From an uncultured Bacteroidales bacterium (lineage in GTDB: Bacteria; Bacteroidota; Bacteroidia; Bacteroidales; UBA10428), in contig CAZWIU010000002.1 of assembly GCA_964634105.1 (NCBI GenBank), forward strand, positions 13,034 to 77,033: a DNA stretch of 64,000 nucleotides. The letters run 5' to 3'. Both the position numbers and the translations under genes were made by a program. Positions within the stretch are counted from its first letter, which is position 1; the number at the start of each line of letters is the position of its first letter. A model generated the notes under the pieces. That model searched no databases. It was not told the DNA's origin and was given only the letters and a program-made list of their open reading frames with translations. This document shows, piece after piece, positions 39,017 through 49,779 of the stretch.

Positions 39017-39760
39017 TTATTCCTCCATCTCTGCCAGTATTTCATCAGTAACTTCAAGATTATGGAAAACGCTTTGCACATCATCTAGTTCTTCGAATTC
39101 CTCTACCATGCGGAGTACTTTTTTAGCATCTTCCTTCGGAAGCGACTTAGTAGTATTTGCTATACGTTGTAACTCGGCACTTTCAACCTCAACTCCCATA
39201 TCTTCCAGTTTCTTATTCATACTTTTAAAATCTTCGAGAGCTGTTGTGATGATAAATAAATCATCCGTTACTTCGCATTCTTCAACTCCTGCGTCAATAA
39301 TTTCCAGTTGAAACTCGTCAGGATCAAGAGAGCCTCTTTTAACGGTAAATACAGCCTTTCGGTCGAATATAAAACTGAGCGAGCCATTTGTACCCATGTT
39401 CCCGCCCCGTTTATTAAAAACAGACCTTACAAGGCTGACAGTGCGCTGATTATTATCAGTAAGACATTCGATAAAGATGGCTACACCATGAGGTGCATAA
39501 CCTTCGTAAGTTACTTCCGATAATTCGGCTCCATCTTTATCTGCTTTATTGATAGCCCGCTCGATATTTTCTTTGGGCATATTGGCCCCTTTGGCATTTT
39601 GTATTGCAAGACGCAACCGCGGGTTTGCTTCGGGATCGCTCCCGCCCTCCCTGACTGCTATTGAAATTTCTTTAACAATACGAGAAAAAATTTTACCCTT
39701 TTTTGCGTCAAGGGCTCCTTTCTTCCTTTTAATTGTTGACCACTTACTATGTCCTGACAT
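39017..39760 (-). CDS. YebC/PmpR-family DNA-binding transcriptional regulator
   Basis: The MSGHSKWSTIKRKKGALDAKKGKIF N-terminus is diagnostic. Confidence 0.93.
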   Translation of the reverse strand: MSGHSKWSTIKRKKGALDAKKGKIFSRIVKEISIAVREGGSDPEANPRLRLAIQNAKGANMPKENIERAINKADKDGAELSEVTYEGYAPHGVAIFIECLTDNNQRTVSLVRSVFNKRGGNMGTNGSLSFIFDRKAVFTVKRGSLDPDEFQLEIIDAGVEECEVTDDLFIITTALEDFKSMNKKLEDMGVEVESAELQRIANTTKSLPKEDAKKVLRMVEEFEELDDVQSVFHNLEVTDEILAEMEE

Positions 39761-39934
39761 ATGATGGTTTTTTAACTAATTATCTATAAATTGGGGCATA
39801 AAATTAAAAATTTACCCGGAACCATAAAAGGGTTTCTTCGAGTTTTGGTATTAATTGGATACGTACCATGATCAGGTGAATTGTCATCATCGTGCTGCAT
39901 GAATGATCAGTATTATACAAGGTTGTTTTAAAAT

Positions 39935-42358
39935 ATGCAACCTATGAAACTCAGAAAACAGATAATTCTTCTTCTTTCACTAGTGCTTTCAATCACCGTT
40001 TTATCCTTCCTGGATGATGATTATACTATAAGAAATATTCAAAAAATTGCTTCCTCATTATATGACTATGCCCGTTATTATTCGCCACAAAAGGTTTATT
40101 TGCATATGGATAAGTCAAATTACTATGCAGGTGAACATATATGGTTTAAGGCATACTTGTTAGATGGTATAACACACTATCAGGATTCACTTTCTGAGCC
40201 GGTTTATGTCGAATTAATAAATCCTTACAGAAAAGCTGCCCAGATCATACGCCTAAAAATCATTAACGGAGAAGGTACGGGTAGTTTTTTCCTGGCCGAT
40301 ACTATTCCTGAAGGCATTTATCAGGTTAGGGCATATACAAACTGGATGAAGAATTTTGGTCCTGAATTTTTCTTTAATAAAAACCTTGAAATTCGTAATC
40401 CAAAGAAAGAATTTCAGATTACTGCAAAGGAAGCCCGATCCAACAAAAAGAACGTTAAAAAGTTGATGAACAAAACAACACGTTACCAGATTGGTTTCTT
40501 CCCAGAGGGCGGAAGATTGATTGCCGGAACAAAAAGTAAAATTGCATTTAAAGCAACCGAAGATTTTGGTGCGGGTATTCCCGTAACTGGAGCTGTTTAT
40601 GATCAGAATAATAAAGAGCTGGTTGAATTTGAAACAGCCTTTGAAGGTATGGGATATTTTACCCTTCGTCCTCTGAAAAATCACCGCTATTATGCTATGG
40701 TTAAATATCCTGACGGATCGACAAAAAAAGTACCGCTCCCGGAAGCAGAAGAGAATGCTGTTGGGCTTATGCTTTATGATTCCGGTAATCTGATCACAGC
40801 AAAAATCAGTTCAAACAAACCCCCTTCGAATGACAGGCCGGCAAACGACTTTATCCTTATTGGCCAGGTACGGGGTAAAATGTACTATGCAGAATCGAAA
40901 AATCTACTTGATAAGGATAGCACCATTACAATGAACGCAAATATTTTTCCTTCGGGAGTTGTACAATTTACCCTTTTTAACAACCGTCTGATGGCCATTG
41001 CTGAACGTTTATTTTTTGTAAATCATAATGATTTTGTAAGGTTCGATATTACTGCAGATAAATTGACAGATAGTGTAAAACTTAAAATAAAACCTGTTAA
41101 TTCAGGCGCTGTTAGCTCCACATTTTCAGGTTCTGTGACAGTGACGATTCCTGAAACAAACCAGCCAGAAATATTGCAGCATAACATTCTGACAGAACTA
41201 TTGCTCACTTCCGATCTTCCCGGCAATATTCCTTCGCCGGCATACTTTATAAATACAGCCGGACCACAGGTTAAAGAGCATGCCGATCTGTTGATGCTTA
41301 CAAACGGGTGGAAAAGATTTGTATGGGCCGATTTGACTGAGAAAGAGTACCCAAAAATTCGTTTTACCAAAGAAGATGGAATTACGGTGGCAGGAAAGAT
41401 AACCCGTGAATTTTTTGAAATCCCGGTAAAAGAAGCAAGCGTTAAATTATACATCTTAACTGAATACAATGATGAATATAATACCATCTCCGATAAAAAC
41501 GGAAGATTCAGTTTCGACAAGCTCGATTATTGGGATACACTGAGTGTACGGATAGTTGCACGAAAGCCCGGTGGAGGAAAAAATGTGCTGATTCTTCTTA
41601 ATGATGCATCGATGGAGGAAGTACAGGAGTATTATGGCGATTTCTTTTTAACCACTACCTCGAAGATTGATATGAAGAAATATCGCCAGGTTCAGGCTGA
41701 TATCGCAAAAAAAGAGATGATAAAAAGGCAGAAAGAACTTGATTCCATATTTTCGAAATCGATCTATGGAACCCCCGACTATGTGATCTGGGGTGATGAG
41801 ATCCCGGAAGGATGTGCCAGTATTCCTGATGCTATTAAAGGAAGGGTGCCTGGAGTAAACGTTGCTGGAAACAGTATTACTATTCGAGGAATAAATACAC
41901 TACTTGGCAACACCGATCCATTGGTTGTAGTTGATGGAGTGACGACATCACTTGATGCGCTTTATAGTATTCCCGTTGAAGATGTTGAACGGATCGAAAT
42001 CTTGAAAGGCCCTTCTACCGCCATGTATGGTTCCCGGGGAGCAAACGGTGTTATTGCAATATATACGAAGCATGGAACCTTTATGAAAAAAGGAGAGATC
42101 TCCTTCTCGATGTTGGGTTATCATGTTGTGGAGCGGTACTATTCACCATCGAATAAATCCCTGACAAATAATATTGATCGTCAGCAATTACCGGTGACAG
42201 TATCCTGGAATCCGGAGATAAAAATCCATCCTGCTGAAATGATAGAAATAACCTTCCCCCTTATGACAATTCCCAGGCAGGGAATACGGGTAGAGATCGA
42301 AGGGATCACCAATCAGGGAACTCCAGGCCAAAGTATTTATTATTTCAACAGTTTTTGA
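39935..42358 (+). CDS. secreted MG2-like / carboxypeptidase-regulatory-like protein ending in a TonB-dependent-receptor Plug domain, without a beta-barrel
   Basis: 807 aa with a signal peptide. It has YYAGEHIWFKAYLLDG (MG2-like) and ITVAGKI...DKNGRFSF (CarbopepD_reg-like). The Plug motif is GRVPGVNVAGNSITIRG...DPLVVVDGV...VERIEILKGPSTAMYGSRGANGVIAIYTK at about aa 630-705. Only about 100 aa follow the Plug. Confidence 0.65.
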   Translation: MQPMKLRKQIILLLSLVLSITVLSFLDDDYTIRNIQKIASSLYDYARYYSPQKVYLHMDKSNYYAGEHIWFKAYLLDGITHYQDSLSEPVYVELINPYRKAAQIIRLKIINGEGTGSFFLADTIPEGIYQVRAYTNWMKNFGPEFFFNKNLEIRNPKKEFQITAKEARSNKKNVKKLMNKTTRYQIGFFPEGGRLIAGTKSKIAFKATEDFGAGIPVTGAVYDQNNKELVEFETAFEGMGYFTLRPLKNHRYYAMVKYPDGSTKKVPLPEAEENAVGLMLYDSGNLITAKISSNKPPSNDRPANDFILIGQVRGKMYYAESKNLLDKDSTITMNANIFPSGVVQFTLFNNRLMAIAERLFFVNHNDFVRFDITADKLTDSVKLKIKPVNSGAVSSTFSGSVTVTIPETNQPEILQHNILTELLLTSDLPGNIPSPAYFINTAGPQVKEHADLLMLTNGWKRFVWADLTEKEYPKIRFTKEDGITVAGKITREFFEIPVKEASVKLYILTEYNDEYNTISDKNGRFSFDKLDYWDTLSVRIVARKPGGGKNVLILLNDASMEEVQEYYGDFFLTTTSKIDMKKYRQVQADIAKKEMIKRQKELDSIFSKSIYGTPDYVIWGDEIPEGCASIPDAIKGRVPGVNVAGNSITIRGINTLLGNTDPLVVVDGVTTSLDALYSIPVEDVERIEILKGPSTAMYGSRGANGVIAIYTKHGTFMKKGEISFSMLGYHVVERYYSPSNKSLTNNIDRQQLPVTVSWNPEIKIHPAEMIEITFPLMTIPRQGIRVEIEGITNQGTPGQSIYYFNSF

Positions 42359-43045
42359 TCAGCCCAGCAGTTTAAATCCCTTACCATGTATATTAATAAT
42401 TTCAATGGAAGGGTCTTCTTTGAGGTATTTTCTGAGTTTTGCAATATAGACATCCATACTTCGGGCATTGAAGTAATTATCATCAATCCAGATCGATTTA
42501 AGTGCAAAATTCCTCTCAAGAACTGAGTTTTTGTTAAGGCACAGAAGTTTGAGCAGTTCTGTTTCTTTGGTAGTCAGTTTGTAAGCTTTATCATGAAAAG
42601 TTAGCAATTGCTTTTCTGTATCGAAATGGTATTGTCCGATCGTAAACTCTTTTTGTGTATTAAATTTTCCATATTTGCCCGTACGGCGTAAAATAGCTTC
42701 GATCCGATATACAAGTTCTTCCATACTGAAGGGTTTAGAGATATAATCATCACAACCTGCTTTAAAACCTTCAAGGATATCTTCTTTCTGAGATTTTGCC
42801 GTAAGAAAAATTATAGGTATATCGGCATTCGTCATCCTGATTTCTTTAGCTAATGTGAAACCATCCTTAACAGGCATCATAATATCGAGGATGCAAAGAT
42901 CATAGTGTTTCTTGACGAAGTTTTTATAGGCAATCTCTCCGTTGCCATATAAATCAGTATCATACTTTTTGGCAATCAGATACTCTCTCAGTAATGATCC
43001 GAGATTTTCATCATCTTCGGCCAGAAGAACTTTTAATTCATTCAT
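42359..43045 (-). CDS. OmpR-family response regulator (RprY-like)
   Basis: Receiver domain (VLLAEDDENL, LCILDIMMP, KP) plus a winged-helix output domain (LT.KETELLKLL); overlaps the upstream kinase by 4 nt. Confidence 0.9.
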   Translation of the reverse strand: MNELKVLLAEDDENLGSLLREYLIAKKYDTDLYGNGEIAYKNFVKKHYDLCILDIMMPVKDGFTLAKEIRMTNADIPIIFLTAKSQKEDILEGFKAGCDDYISKPFSMEELVYRIEAILRRTGKYGKFNTQKEFTIGQYHFDTEKQLLTFHDKAYKLTTKETELLKLLCLNKNSVLERNFALKSIWIDDNYFNARSMDVYIAKLRKYLKEDPSIEIINIHGKGFKLLG

Positions 43046-44580
43046 ACTGTTATATTTTTTACTGGAAGTTTAACAATAAATTCTGAACCAGCGCCTAATT
43101 CAGATTCAACACAAACAGTTCCGTTAAGTTCAGTAATAATTTTCTTTACATAGCTTAACCCAAGGCCAAATCCTTTGACATTATGAATATTACCCGTTGG
43201 AACACGATAAAATTTGTCAAAAATATGTCGCTGATTACTTTTGCTTATGCCAATTCCATTGTCGCGGAATACAATCTGGACATACTGGTTAATATTTCTG
43301 GTTTCAATGTAAATCTCAGGCTTCTCAGGTGAATATTTAACTGCATTATCAAGCAAATTTGAAAATACATTCGATAGATGCACAGGATCGGCATCCACAA
43401 GATCATTTTCAGCATGCAGGGAGGGTATAAGGACCCCGTTTTTAGATTCTACCTGAAGGATAAAATTTGAAACTACCTGTTCGATAACATCATGTACTGA
43501 AATCTCCTGGAACTGTAAACGCAGATTGCCCTGATCAAATTTTGCCATTTGCAATACCCTCTCAACCTGATAGCCCAGTCGTTTACTTTCTTCTGCTATG
43601 ATACCTGAGATCCTGTCATAATTTTTATCTTCAGAGGCTATGCTTTTATCACTTAACAACTGCGATGCAAGTGAAATAGTTGATATCGGGGTTTTCAGTT
43701 CATGTGTCAGATTATTTACAAAATCGCTTTTCATCTCCGAAAGCCTTTTTTGTCTTACTATCACGTACAGGGTTAAGGAGAATGTGATGATCAGGAAGAG
43801 TGTGAGGCAAGAAGAGGAAATGCTTATAAAACCTAATGATTGAATAATAAAGTTCTTTCGCTTCGGGAAATATATCGTTAAAATATTTGCATTATCAAAA
43901 AAATCATTTGGCAGCATCTGAATATGGTAGAGCTCCGATTTCGCATTCGGGTTGAAGTTTTTAGACCGGTATGAGATTCTTTTATCCCATTGAATGACTG
44001 CAAATTCGTATTCGGTTTTTATCCCCTGGCGGATAAGGGCTTTATGCAAAAAACTATTGATTTTCGCAGGGTCCAACTGTTGTTCCAATCCAGATGGTAA
44101 TGAAAACATTTGATTGGCGACTTGTTCTAAAAATTTCTTTTTATCCAACGCTTCACTCTTTAGCTCCTTTTTTGAGGAGGAGAGTTCACCGGCAGGCCTT
44201 ATATCCTGCCTGGTAGAAATAGAAATGTCCGCACTTATATTCCCCGATTCCGATTCACGCGAGATTTCAACTTTTTGCGAAAGGTATTTACCAGTAAAGG
44301 TATCGAGTTGATAGTTAATGGTAGTGTCGAAATGATAATCAGCGGGAAGGCCTCCTGTTGAATCAATATCAGCCAGCCTGACTTCATCAAATATGAAACT
44401 CATGGTTTCATTCCTTTGTATATTCGTAACAGTTTCTGTTAATGCTTTCTGAACCAGTTGATTAAAATGATTTTCTTTCACCTTATAAGCATTCCTTATC
44501 CATAACGATTGCATAGTTATAAGTCCGATGAGTGCCAGGCTCATCAAAAGAGCAATAATAATAATTAGCTTCCGGCTCAT
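43042..44580 (-). CDS. sensor histidine kinase (RprX-like)
   Basis: Two TMs flank a roughly 230-aa periplasmic region. H-box FVNNLTHELKTPIS; N/G boxes LLDNAVKYS and GFGLGLSYVKKI. Confidence 0.9.
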   Translation of the reverse strand: MSRKLIIIIALLMSLALIGLITMQSLWIRNAYKVKENHFNQLVQKALTETVTNIQRNETMSFIFDEVRLADIDSTGGLPADYHFDTTINYQLDTFTGKYLSQKVEISRESESGNISADISISTRQDIRPAGELSSSKKELKSEALDKKKFLEQVANQMFSLPSGLEQQLDPAKINSFLHKALIRQGIKTEYEFAVIQWDKRISYRSKNFNPNAKSELYHIQMLPNDFFDNANILTIYFPKRKNFIIQSLGFISISSSCLTLFLIITFSLTLYVIVRQKRLSEMKSDFVNNLTHELKTPISTISLASQLLSDKSIASEDKNYDRISGIIAEESKRLGYQVERVLQMAKFDQGNLRLQFQEISVHDVIEQVVSNFILQVESKNGVLIPSLHAENDLVDADPVHLSNVFSNLLDNAVKYSPEKPEIYIETRNINQYVQIVFRDNGIGISKSNQRHIFDKFYRVPTGNIHNVKGFGLGLSYVKKIITELNGTVCVESELGAGSEFIVKLPVKNITV

Positions 44581-44850
44581 TGCAGAACAAATATACTATT
44601 GCCTGTAATTCAATAAGATTTGTTTAACAATAATTAACATACATTGATATCTCTTAACTAAACTATGCTATACTTTTGTTTGACAGACAAAGGAAATAAG
44701 GAGTTGATAAAAAAATAACAGATAAAAGCAACTTTTAATTATTTTTTGCGTCTAATAGAAAAAGAACAATAAACAATAATCATTTATAGTTAATATTTAG
44801 GATTTAGGTTTCTGATTCTTTTCATAGGTTAAAAATGGGTTAGGGTTAAT

Positions 44851-44876
44851 GAAAGGAGGTTTTTCAACCTCCTTTC
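44851..44876 (-). terminator. hairpin downstream of the hybrid kinase gene (candidate terminator)
   Basis: gaaaggaggtt (44851-44861) pairs perfectly with aacctcctttc (44866-44876) across a 4-nt loop, 15 nt beyond the stop codon. The T-tract is good only on the plus strand, so the direction is uncertain. Confidence 0.4.
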
Positions 44877-44890
44877 TGTTTTTGTTTATC

Positions 44891-46978
44891 TTAGAAGGGG
44901 GAGTATTGCTCCATTATCTGGTGAGGGTATTTAATAAAGTTTTGGATGATAGAAATAAGTTTCTTTTGATCAACAGGCTTTGTAATATAATCACAACAAC
45001 CGGCATTAATACATTTTATCCTGTCGCCTTCCATTGCATAAGCTGTCTGAGCAATAATGGGGATTTCAGGACGTTGTGCTGAGATATATTTTGAAGCTTC
45101 CAGTCCGCTCATTTCCGGCATTTTTATATCCATCAATATCAAATCGAGATTTTTGTTTGTCACGGCAATGTTTATAGCTTCGCTTCCATTTAAAGCTCTG
45201 GATAATCTTGCCCCCGTGTCTTTCAGAATTTCTTTTAAGTATAAAAAATTTATATCATCATCTTCTGCAATAAGAAAGTGTCGGTCGCTCCAATCAGGAA
45301 TTCTGTCTGATACGGTGTAATTTTTCGCTTGATCTATGGATGATTTGGTAGTTTTTCGGTAGGGTAACTGGAAAAAGAAATCAGAGCCTTTTCCTTCGAT
45401 AGATTCCACCCAGATTTTACCTCCGAGCAATTGGATTATATTCTTACATATTGCTAATCCCAGCCCTGATCCTCCAATTTTTTGTGATTGATGTTTATCC
45501 AGCTGAAAAAACCTCTCAAATATCCTTTCCTTCATATCCTCAGGAATACCCATACCAGTATCTCTGACATAAAAAAAGATATTGGATTGGTCGATTAATT
45601 TAAAGCCAAAACGGATTGATCCCTGGTTAGTATACTTTGCAGCATTATTTAATAGGTTTGACAACACCTGTTTCAATCTTTCAGCATCGGTATAGAATTC
45701 TGTATTCTGCTCGTTTGCCTCCACCTCCAGGATAAGTTCTACATCGTGTTCAATACCATACCGTCGCAATGTTTCCTGTGTAATAATCCTAAGGTCTGAT
45801 AATATATCAAAAGGCCGACATGATTTATATTTAATTTTCAGTTGATTTGATTCGATCTTAGCAATGTCGATAATATCTTCAATAATATTCAGAAGATCGT
45901 TACTGCTCTTTCTTATCAGTTTGAGATATTCGGTACGGTCGATGTTTAAAAACTTATCATTAAGCAACAGTTCAGTAAAACCCAGGATGGCATTCATTGG
46001 TGTTCTTATCTCGTGAGACATATTTGCCAGAAATGCTGTTTTCAATCTATCAGTTTCGACTGCCTTATTTTTTTCCTCTTGTAAGCTTTTCTCCGTATTA
46101 AGTTGCTCAGTAAAATCGAGCAGCATTGCTATAGTGAAATAATGAACAGGCTTATCATCGAAAATTTTTTTCAAACGAACATTAAATTGCCTGGTTCCCT
46201 CCATGGTTAAAAATGAAGTACTAAACTCAGCTTCTATATCGCTTTGAGATTTAAAGCTAATTATCTTCGAACGCAGATAATCTGGCAAATTTTCGGTTAT
46301 TGTATTATCATCATGGTGGCCTGTTTTATAAATTGATACTAACTGTTCAAACTTAGAATTACCGTAAACCTGTTCGTTTATATGGTCGTATATTAACAGG
46401 GGGACAAAAAAATTTCTGAAAAGATGAATATATCTATCATTTGAAGGTGAACTATCCTTCACACTATAGAAATTATCATCATCAGACAGGCATTTACTTA
46501 TTCCTAAATCAGAGACAAAATCAAGTTCAAAACGATTGAATCTATTATCAAGGAAAGTGCGGTAACATGTTTTTGAGCGTTCATTATCGATAAAGCAATT
46601 AATCAGATCGATAAAAGCCTGACGATAATGCCTGTAAAGGATCATCGCTTCGGATACTGAAACTTGATTTCCAGAATCAGTATTTAATTCCAGAATATCT
46701 TTTATTAATGAAAATTCCCTGTGGGTTTTCCCATCATGATGGTATGGCGGAGTAGTGTCCGTGTCAGGATTTTGGTTAATCCCTGATAGTAGTGAAACCG
46801 ATATTTTTTTTATCGTTGAATTTACTACAGCTGTTGAAGTAAGGATATTCTTAGAAAATTCTTGATTCAGGGATAAATACCTAACTCTATTTGCCAACCA
46901 ATTCTCCTTGGCACTGATTAATGAGAACAACTCCACAAATTCCCTCGTCATATGTCTGTAATTTGATTCAGGGTTCAC
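44891..46978 (-). CDS. cytoplasmic hybrid sensor histidine kinase/response regulator
   Basis: 695 aa with no TM. A roughly 300-aa N-terminal sensor/PAS-like region is followed by the H-box DRLKTAFLANMSHEIRTPMNAILGF, GSGLGLAICKNI, and a receiver (FLIAEDDDIN, LILMDIKMPE, TKP). It starts with a GTG at 46978; an ATG lies at 46951. Confidence 0.88.
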   Translation of the reverse strand: MNPESNYRHMTREFVELFSLISAKENWLANRVRYLSLNQEFSKNILTSTAVVNSTIKKISVSLLSGINQNPDTDTTPPYHHDGKTHREFSLIKDILELNTDSGNQVSVSEAMILYRHYRQAFIDLINCFIDNERSKTCYRTFLDNRFNRFELDFVSDLGISKCLSDDDNFYSVKDSSPSNDRYIHLFRNFFVPLLIYDHINEQVYGNSKFEQLVSIYKTGHHDDNTITENLPDYLRSKIISFKSQSDIEAEFSTSFLTMEGTRQFNVRLKKIFDDKPVHYFTIAMLLDFTEQLNTEKSLQEEKNKAVETDRLKTAFLANMSHEIRTPMNAILGFTELLLNDKFLNIDRTEYLKLIRKSSNDLLNIIEDIIDIAKIESNQLKIKYKSCRPFDILSDLRIITQETLRRYGIEHDVELILEVEANEQNTEFYTDAERLKQVLSNLLNNAAKYTNQGSIRFGFKLIDQSNIFFYVRDTGMGIPEDMKERIFERFFQLDKHQSQKIGGSGLGLAICKNIIQLLGGKIWVESIEGKGSDFFFQLPYRKTTKSSIDQAKNYTVSDRIPDWSDRHFLIAEDDDINFLYLKEILKDTGARLSRALNGSEAINIAVTNKNLDLILMDIKMPEMSGLEASKYISAQRPEIPIIAQTAYAMEGDRIKCINAGCCDYITKPVDQKKLISIIQNFIKYPHQIMEQYSPF

Positions 46979-47092
46979 AATGGTCAGATGGACAAAATTA
47001 AGTTAACCTTTAGCCAATGATTATACCAAGCGAATGATATTGTTTATCTGAACACGGTGAGATATATCACTGAAAAGGGTGCAACAAACCTT

Positions 47093-47518
47093 TCAAAAAT
47101 GAATATGACGCAACGCTTTAAGTTTAGACTGGTTAATTTTATATATTGCAGATATCTCTGGAATGTTTTTGATATCCTGGATCTTAGCCTCAATTGGTTC
47201 TTTAGGTGCCTCCGTAGCGATAATAAATATATAATCGATTTTTTTTATCTCAGGGAATAAATAGTGGCCGCCGTGACGATTAACAAGTAAAACATACTTC
47301 TCGATTTCATCATGACTGAGATAATTATAGCGGCGGAAGTTTACAACTATATTTTTGCGTGAGATTTCAACGTTATCGCCAAGCGCCAGGTTTATTCCGA
47401 GAAAACGGTTAATAATCTGACATATCAGAATATCCGACTCGGACGAAGAAATTGCGTACACCAACATTCCTTCAATAAGGTCGTAATCATTTACTATAAG
47501 AATCTCTTTTTTTACCAC
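47093..47518 (-). CDS. IPExxxVDY-family protein (function unknown)
   Basis: 141 aa containing LFPEIKKIDYIF, which fits the family-naming motif. As I recall for this family in Bacteroidota, it sits immediately downstream of rnc. GTG start. Confidence 0.55.
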   Translation of the reverse strand: MVKKEILIVNDYDLIEGMLVYAISSSESDILICQIINRFLGINLALGDNVEISRKNIVVNFRRYNYLSHDEIEKYVLLVNRHGGHYLFPEIKKIDYIFIIATEAPKEPIEAKIQDIKNIPEISAIYKINQSKLKALRHIHF

Positions 47519-47530
47519 TTACGATAAGCC

Positions 47531-48256
47531 TTAAATTCCTATCATATGTATTGCCTGGCGGGCAGCATTTTGTTCGGCTTCCTTTTTTGATTTGCCCATC
47601 CCCATGCCAACAATATCATCGAAGACCAGCAGATGCGATACAAAAACAGGGGTTTTATCATCGCCGTTAACCTGTTCCTGACAGCTAAAATTGATATCCT
47701 TTTTATTCTTTTGTCCCCATTCAATAATCCTGCTTTTAAAATCCATTTCGGTATCGATAAGGGTATCAAGATTTATGTGGTTAGTAAGGACCTTCTTAAG
47801 TATAAAATTTTTGGCCATATTGTATCCGCGGTCGAGATAAATAGCCCCGATAATTGCCTCAAGTGTATCGCCGTATAACGATTTATGATTATCCTTGCTG
47901 ATCCGTGCTATTACAACATTACCGATACCCATTTTCAGAGCAATTTGTTTCAGTGCATCGCGATTCACAATTTTGGAACGCATTTGTGTCAGAAATCCTT
48001 CGTCTTTATCAGGAAATTTGGCATACAGATGTTCGGCCACGATGGTATCGAGGATTGCGTCTCCAAGAAATTCAAGTCGTTCGTTATGCAGATCATGATT
48101 TTTGGAGAACTGACCGGAAGCAGATCGATGAATTAGCGCCAACTGATATAATCGATAATTCTTTGGAGCAAATCCAAGAATCTTTCTCAGTTGCTTTTTA
48201 AATTTCTTCCCCGGTTGAAAAATGTACCTTTTTTGCTTTCTAAAAATATCAAGCAA
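47531..48256 (-). CDS. rnc: ribonuclease III
   Basis: NERLEFLGDAILD catalytic signature and a C-terminal dsRBD (GMGKSKKEAEQNAARQA). The longest ORF (to 48310) overlaps fabF by 50 nt. The TTG at 48256, 5 nt after the fabF stop, gives a typical-length N-terminus (MLDIFRKQ...KILGF). Confidence 0.9.
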   Translation of the reverse strand: MLDIFRKQKRYIFQPGKKFKKQLRKILGFAPKNYRLYQLALIHRSASGQFSKNHDLHNERLEFLGDAILDTIVAEHLYAKFPDKDEGFLTQMRSKIVNRDALKQIALKMGIGNVVIARISKDNHKSLYGDTLEAIIGAIYLDRGYNMAKNFILKKVLTNHINLDTLIDTEMDFKSRIIEWGQKNKKDINFSCQEQVNGDDKTPVFVSHLLVFDDIVGMGMGKSKKEAEQNAARQAIHMIGI

Positions 48257-48260
48257 GGTT

Positions 48261-49511
48261 TTACGAGAATTTTTTGAAAATGGCAGAAGTGTTATGCCCT
48301 CCAAAACCAAATGTGTTGCTAAGAGCAGCGTTAACTACCCGTTCCTGGGCCTTATTAGGGGTAAGATTGAGTTTTGGGTCAATCTCCGGATCGAGTTCAT
48401 TCAGATTGATTGTAGGAGGAACAATATTATTAACAATTGCCAGAATGGAAGCAATTGCCTCAACAGCACCGGCAGCTCCTAACAAATGACCGGTCATGGA
48501 TTTGGTGGAGCTAATATTTATTTTATAGGCGTGCTCCCCAAATACTTTTTTAATTGCTTTTGCCTCAGCAATATCTCCAAGCGGAGTTGCCGTACCATGC
48601 ACATTTACATAGTCCAAATCCTCAGGATTCATATGAGCATCTTCCAATGCGAATTTCATTACATTGATAGCGCCCAAACCCTCAGGATGAGGAGCAGTAA
48701 GATGATACGCATCGGCAGATAAACCACCGCCGATAAGTTCACAATAAATTTTAGCACCACGCTTTTTGGCGTGTTCCAGTTCTTCCAATATAAGTACACC
48801 GGCACCCTCGCCCATAACGAAACCATCGCGGGTAACGTCGAACGGTCTAGAGGCTGTCTTATACTCATCATTGTTAGTTGATAATGCCTGGGAAGCGTTA
48901 AATCCGCCAATCCCAGCCTGATTTATTGCTGCTTCTGAACCCCCAGAAATGAAAAGATCAGCTTTAGCCAAACGTATATAATTGTAGGCATCAATTATTG
49001 CGTTTGTGGAGGTAGCACAAGCTGATACAGTGGCAAAATTAGGCCCACGGAATCCATATTTTATGGAAATTTGCCCTGCAGCAATATCAGATATCAGTTT
49101 AGGAATGAAAAAGGGGCTGAAACGGGGAACACCCTGTCCCTCAATAAATGATATCAGTTCTTCGAAGAATGTACCAAATCCGCCGACACCCGAACCAAAG
49201 ATCACTCCGGCCTTATCGAGGTTAATCTTTTCCAGGTCCAACCCTGAATCTTTAATCGCTTCGTCAGCAGCAATAAGTGCAAACTGAGCGAATAAGTCGA
49301 GCTTTCTGGCCTCTTTACGGTCGAAGTGAGCCTGGGGGTCAAAATTCTTAACCTCGCATGCAAACTTTGTTTTAAAGTTTGTGGCATCAAAACGAGTAAT
49401 CAGGTCCGAACCACTTGTACCCTTAATAAGATTGTCCCAAAAATCACGGACATTATTACCTAAAGGTGTAATAGCTCCCAGACCAGTAACAACTACTCGT
49501 TTTAATTCCAT
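48261..49511 (-). CDS. fabF: beta-ketoacyl-ACP synthase II
   Basis: VVVTGLGAITPLG, active-site ACATSTNAI, HGTATPLGD and GHLLGAAG. Confidence 0.96.
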   Translation of the reverse strand: MELKRVVVTGLGAITPLGNNVRDFWDNLIKGTSGSDLITRFDATNFKTKFACEVKNFDPQAHFDRKEARKLDLFAQFALIAADEAIKDSGLDLEKINLDKAGVIFGSGVGGFGTFFEELISFIEGQGVPRFSPFFIPKLISDIAAGQISIKYGFRGPNFATVSACATSTNAIIDAYNYIRLAKADLFISGGSEAAINQAGIGGFNASQALSTNNDEYKTASRPFDVTRDGFVMGEGAGVLILEELEHAKKRGAKIYCELIGGGLSADAYHLTAPHPEGLGAINVMKFALEDAHMNPEDLDYVNVHGTATPLGDIAEAKAIKKVFGEHAYKINISSTKSMTGHLLGAAGAVEAIASILAIVNNIVPPTINLNELDPEIDPKLNLTPNKAQERVVNAALSNTFGFGGHNTSAIFKKFS

Positions 49512-49542
49512 AATGCGACAGGGTTAGTTTTCGAAAGAATGG

Positions 49543-49779
49543 TTACTTCGCGTTCTCCTCGATGTATTTGATGGCCTCAGCTACAGTACTGATTTTTTCA
49601 GCCTGGTCATCAGGAATTCCAATATTGAATTCTTTTTCAAATTCCATAATTAACTCGACTGTATCCAGTGAGTCTGCACCTAAATCGTTAGTGAAACTTG
49701 CTTCGGGTGTAACTTCGCTTTCATCAACGCCAAGTTTATCAACGATTATAGCTTTTACTCTAGATGCAACATCAGACAT
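49543..49779 (-). CDS. acpP: acyl carrier protein
   Basis: 78 aa with the [17 protein letters not shown] phosphopantetheine attachment motif. Confidence 0.97.
   Translation of the reverse strand: MSDVASRVKAIIVDKLGVDESEVTPEASFTNDLGADSLDTVELIMEFEKEFNIGIPDDQAEKISTVAEAIKYIEENAK

Noticed and set aside
44191-44210. GGCAGG-N8-CCTGCC hairpin inside the sensor kinase coding sequence, considered as a further copy of the GC palindrome module.
   Set aside because: It is only a 6 bp stem, it is in frame within an otherwise intact CDS, and it does not share the 13-mer. This is compatible with chance.
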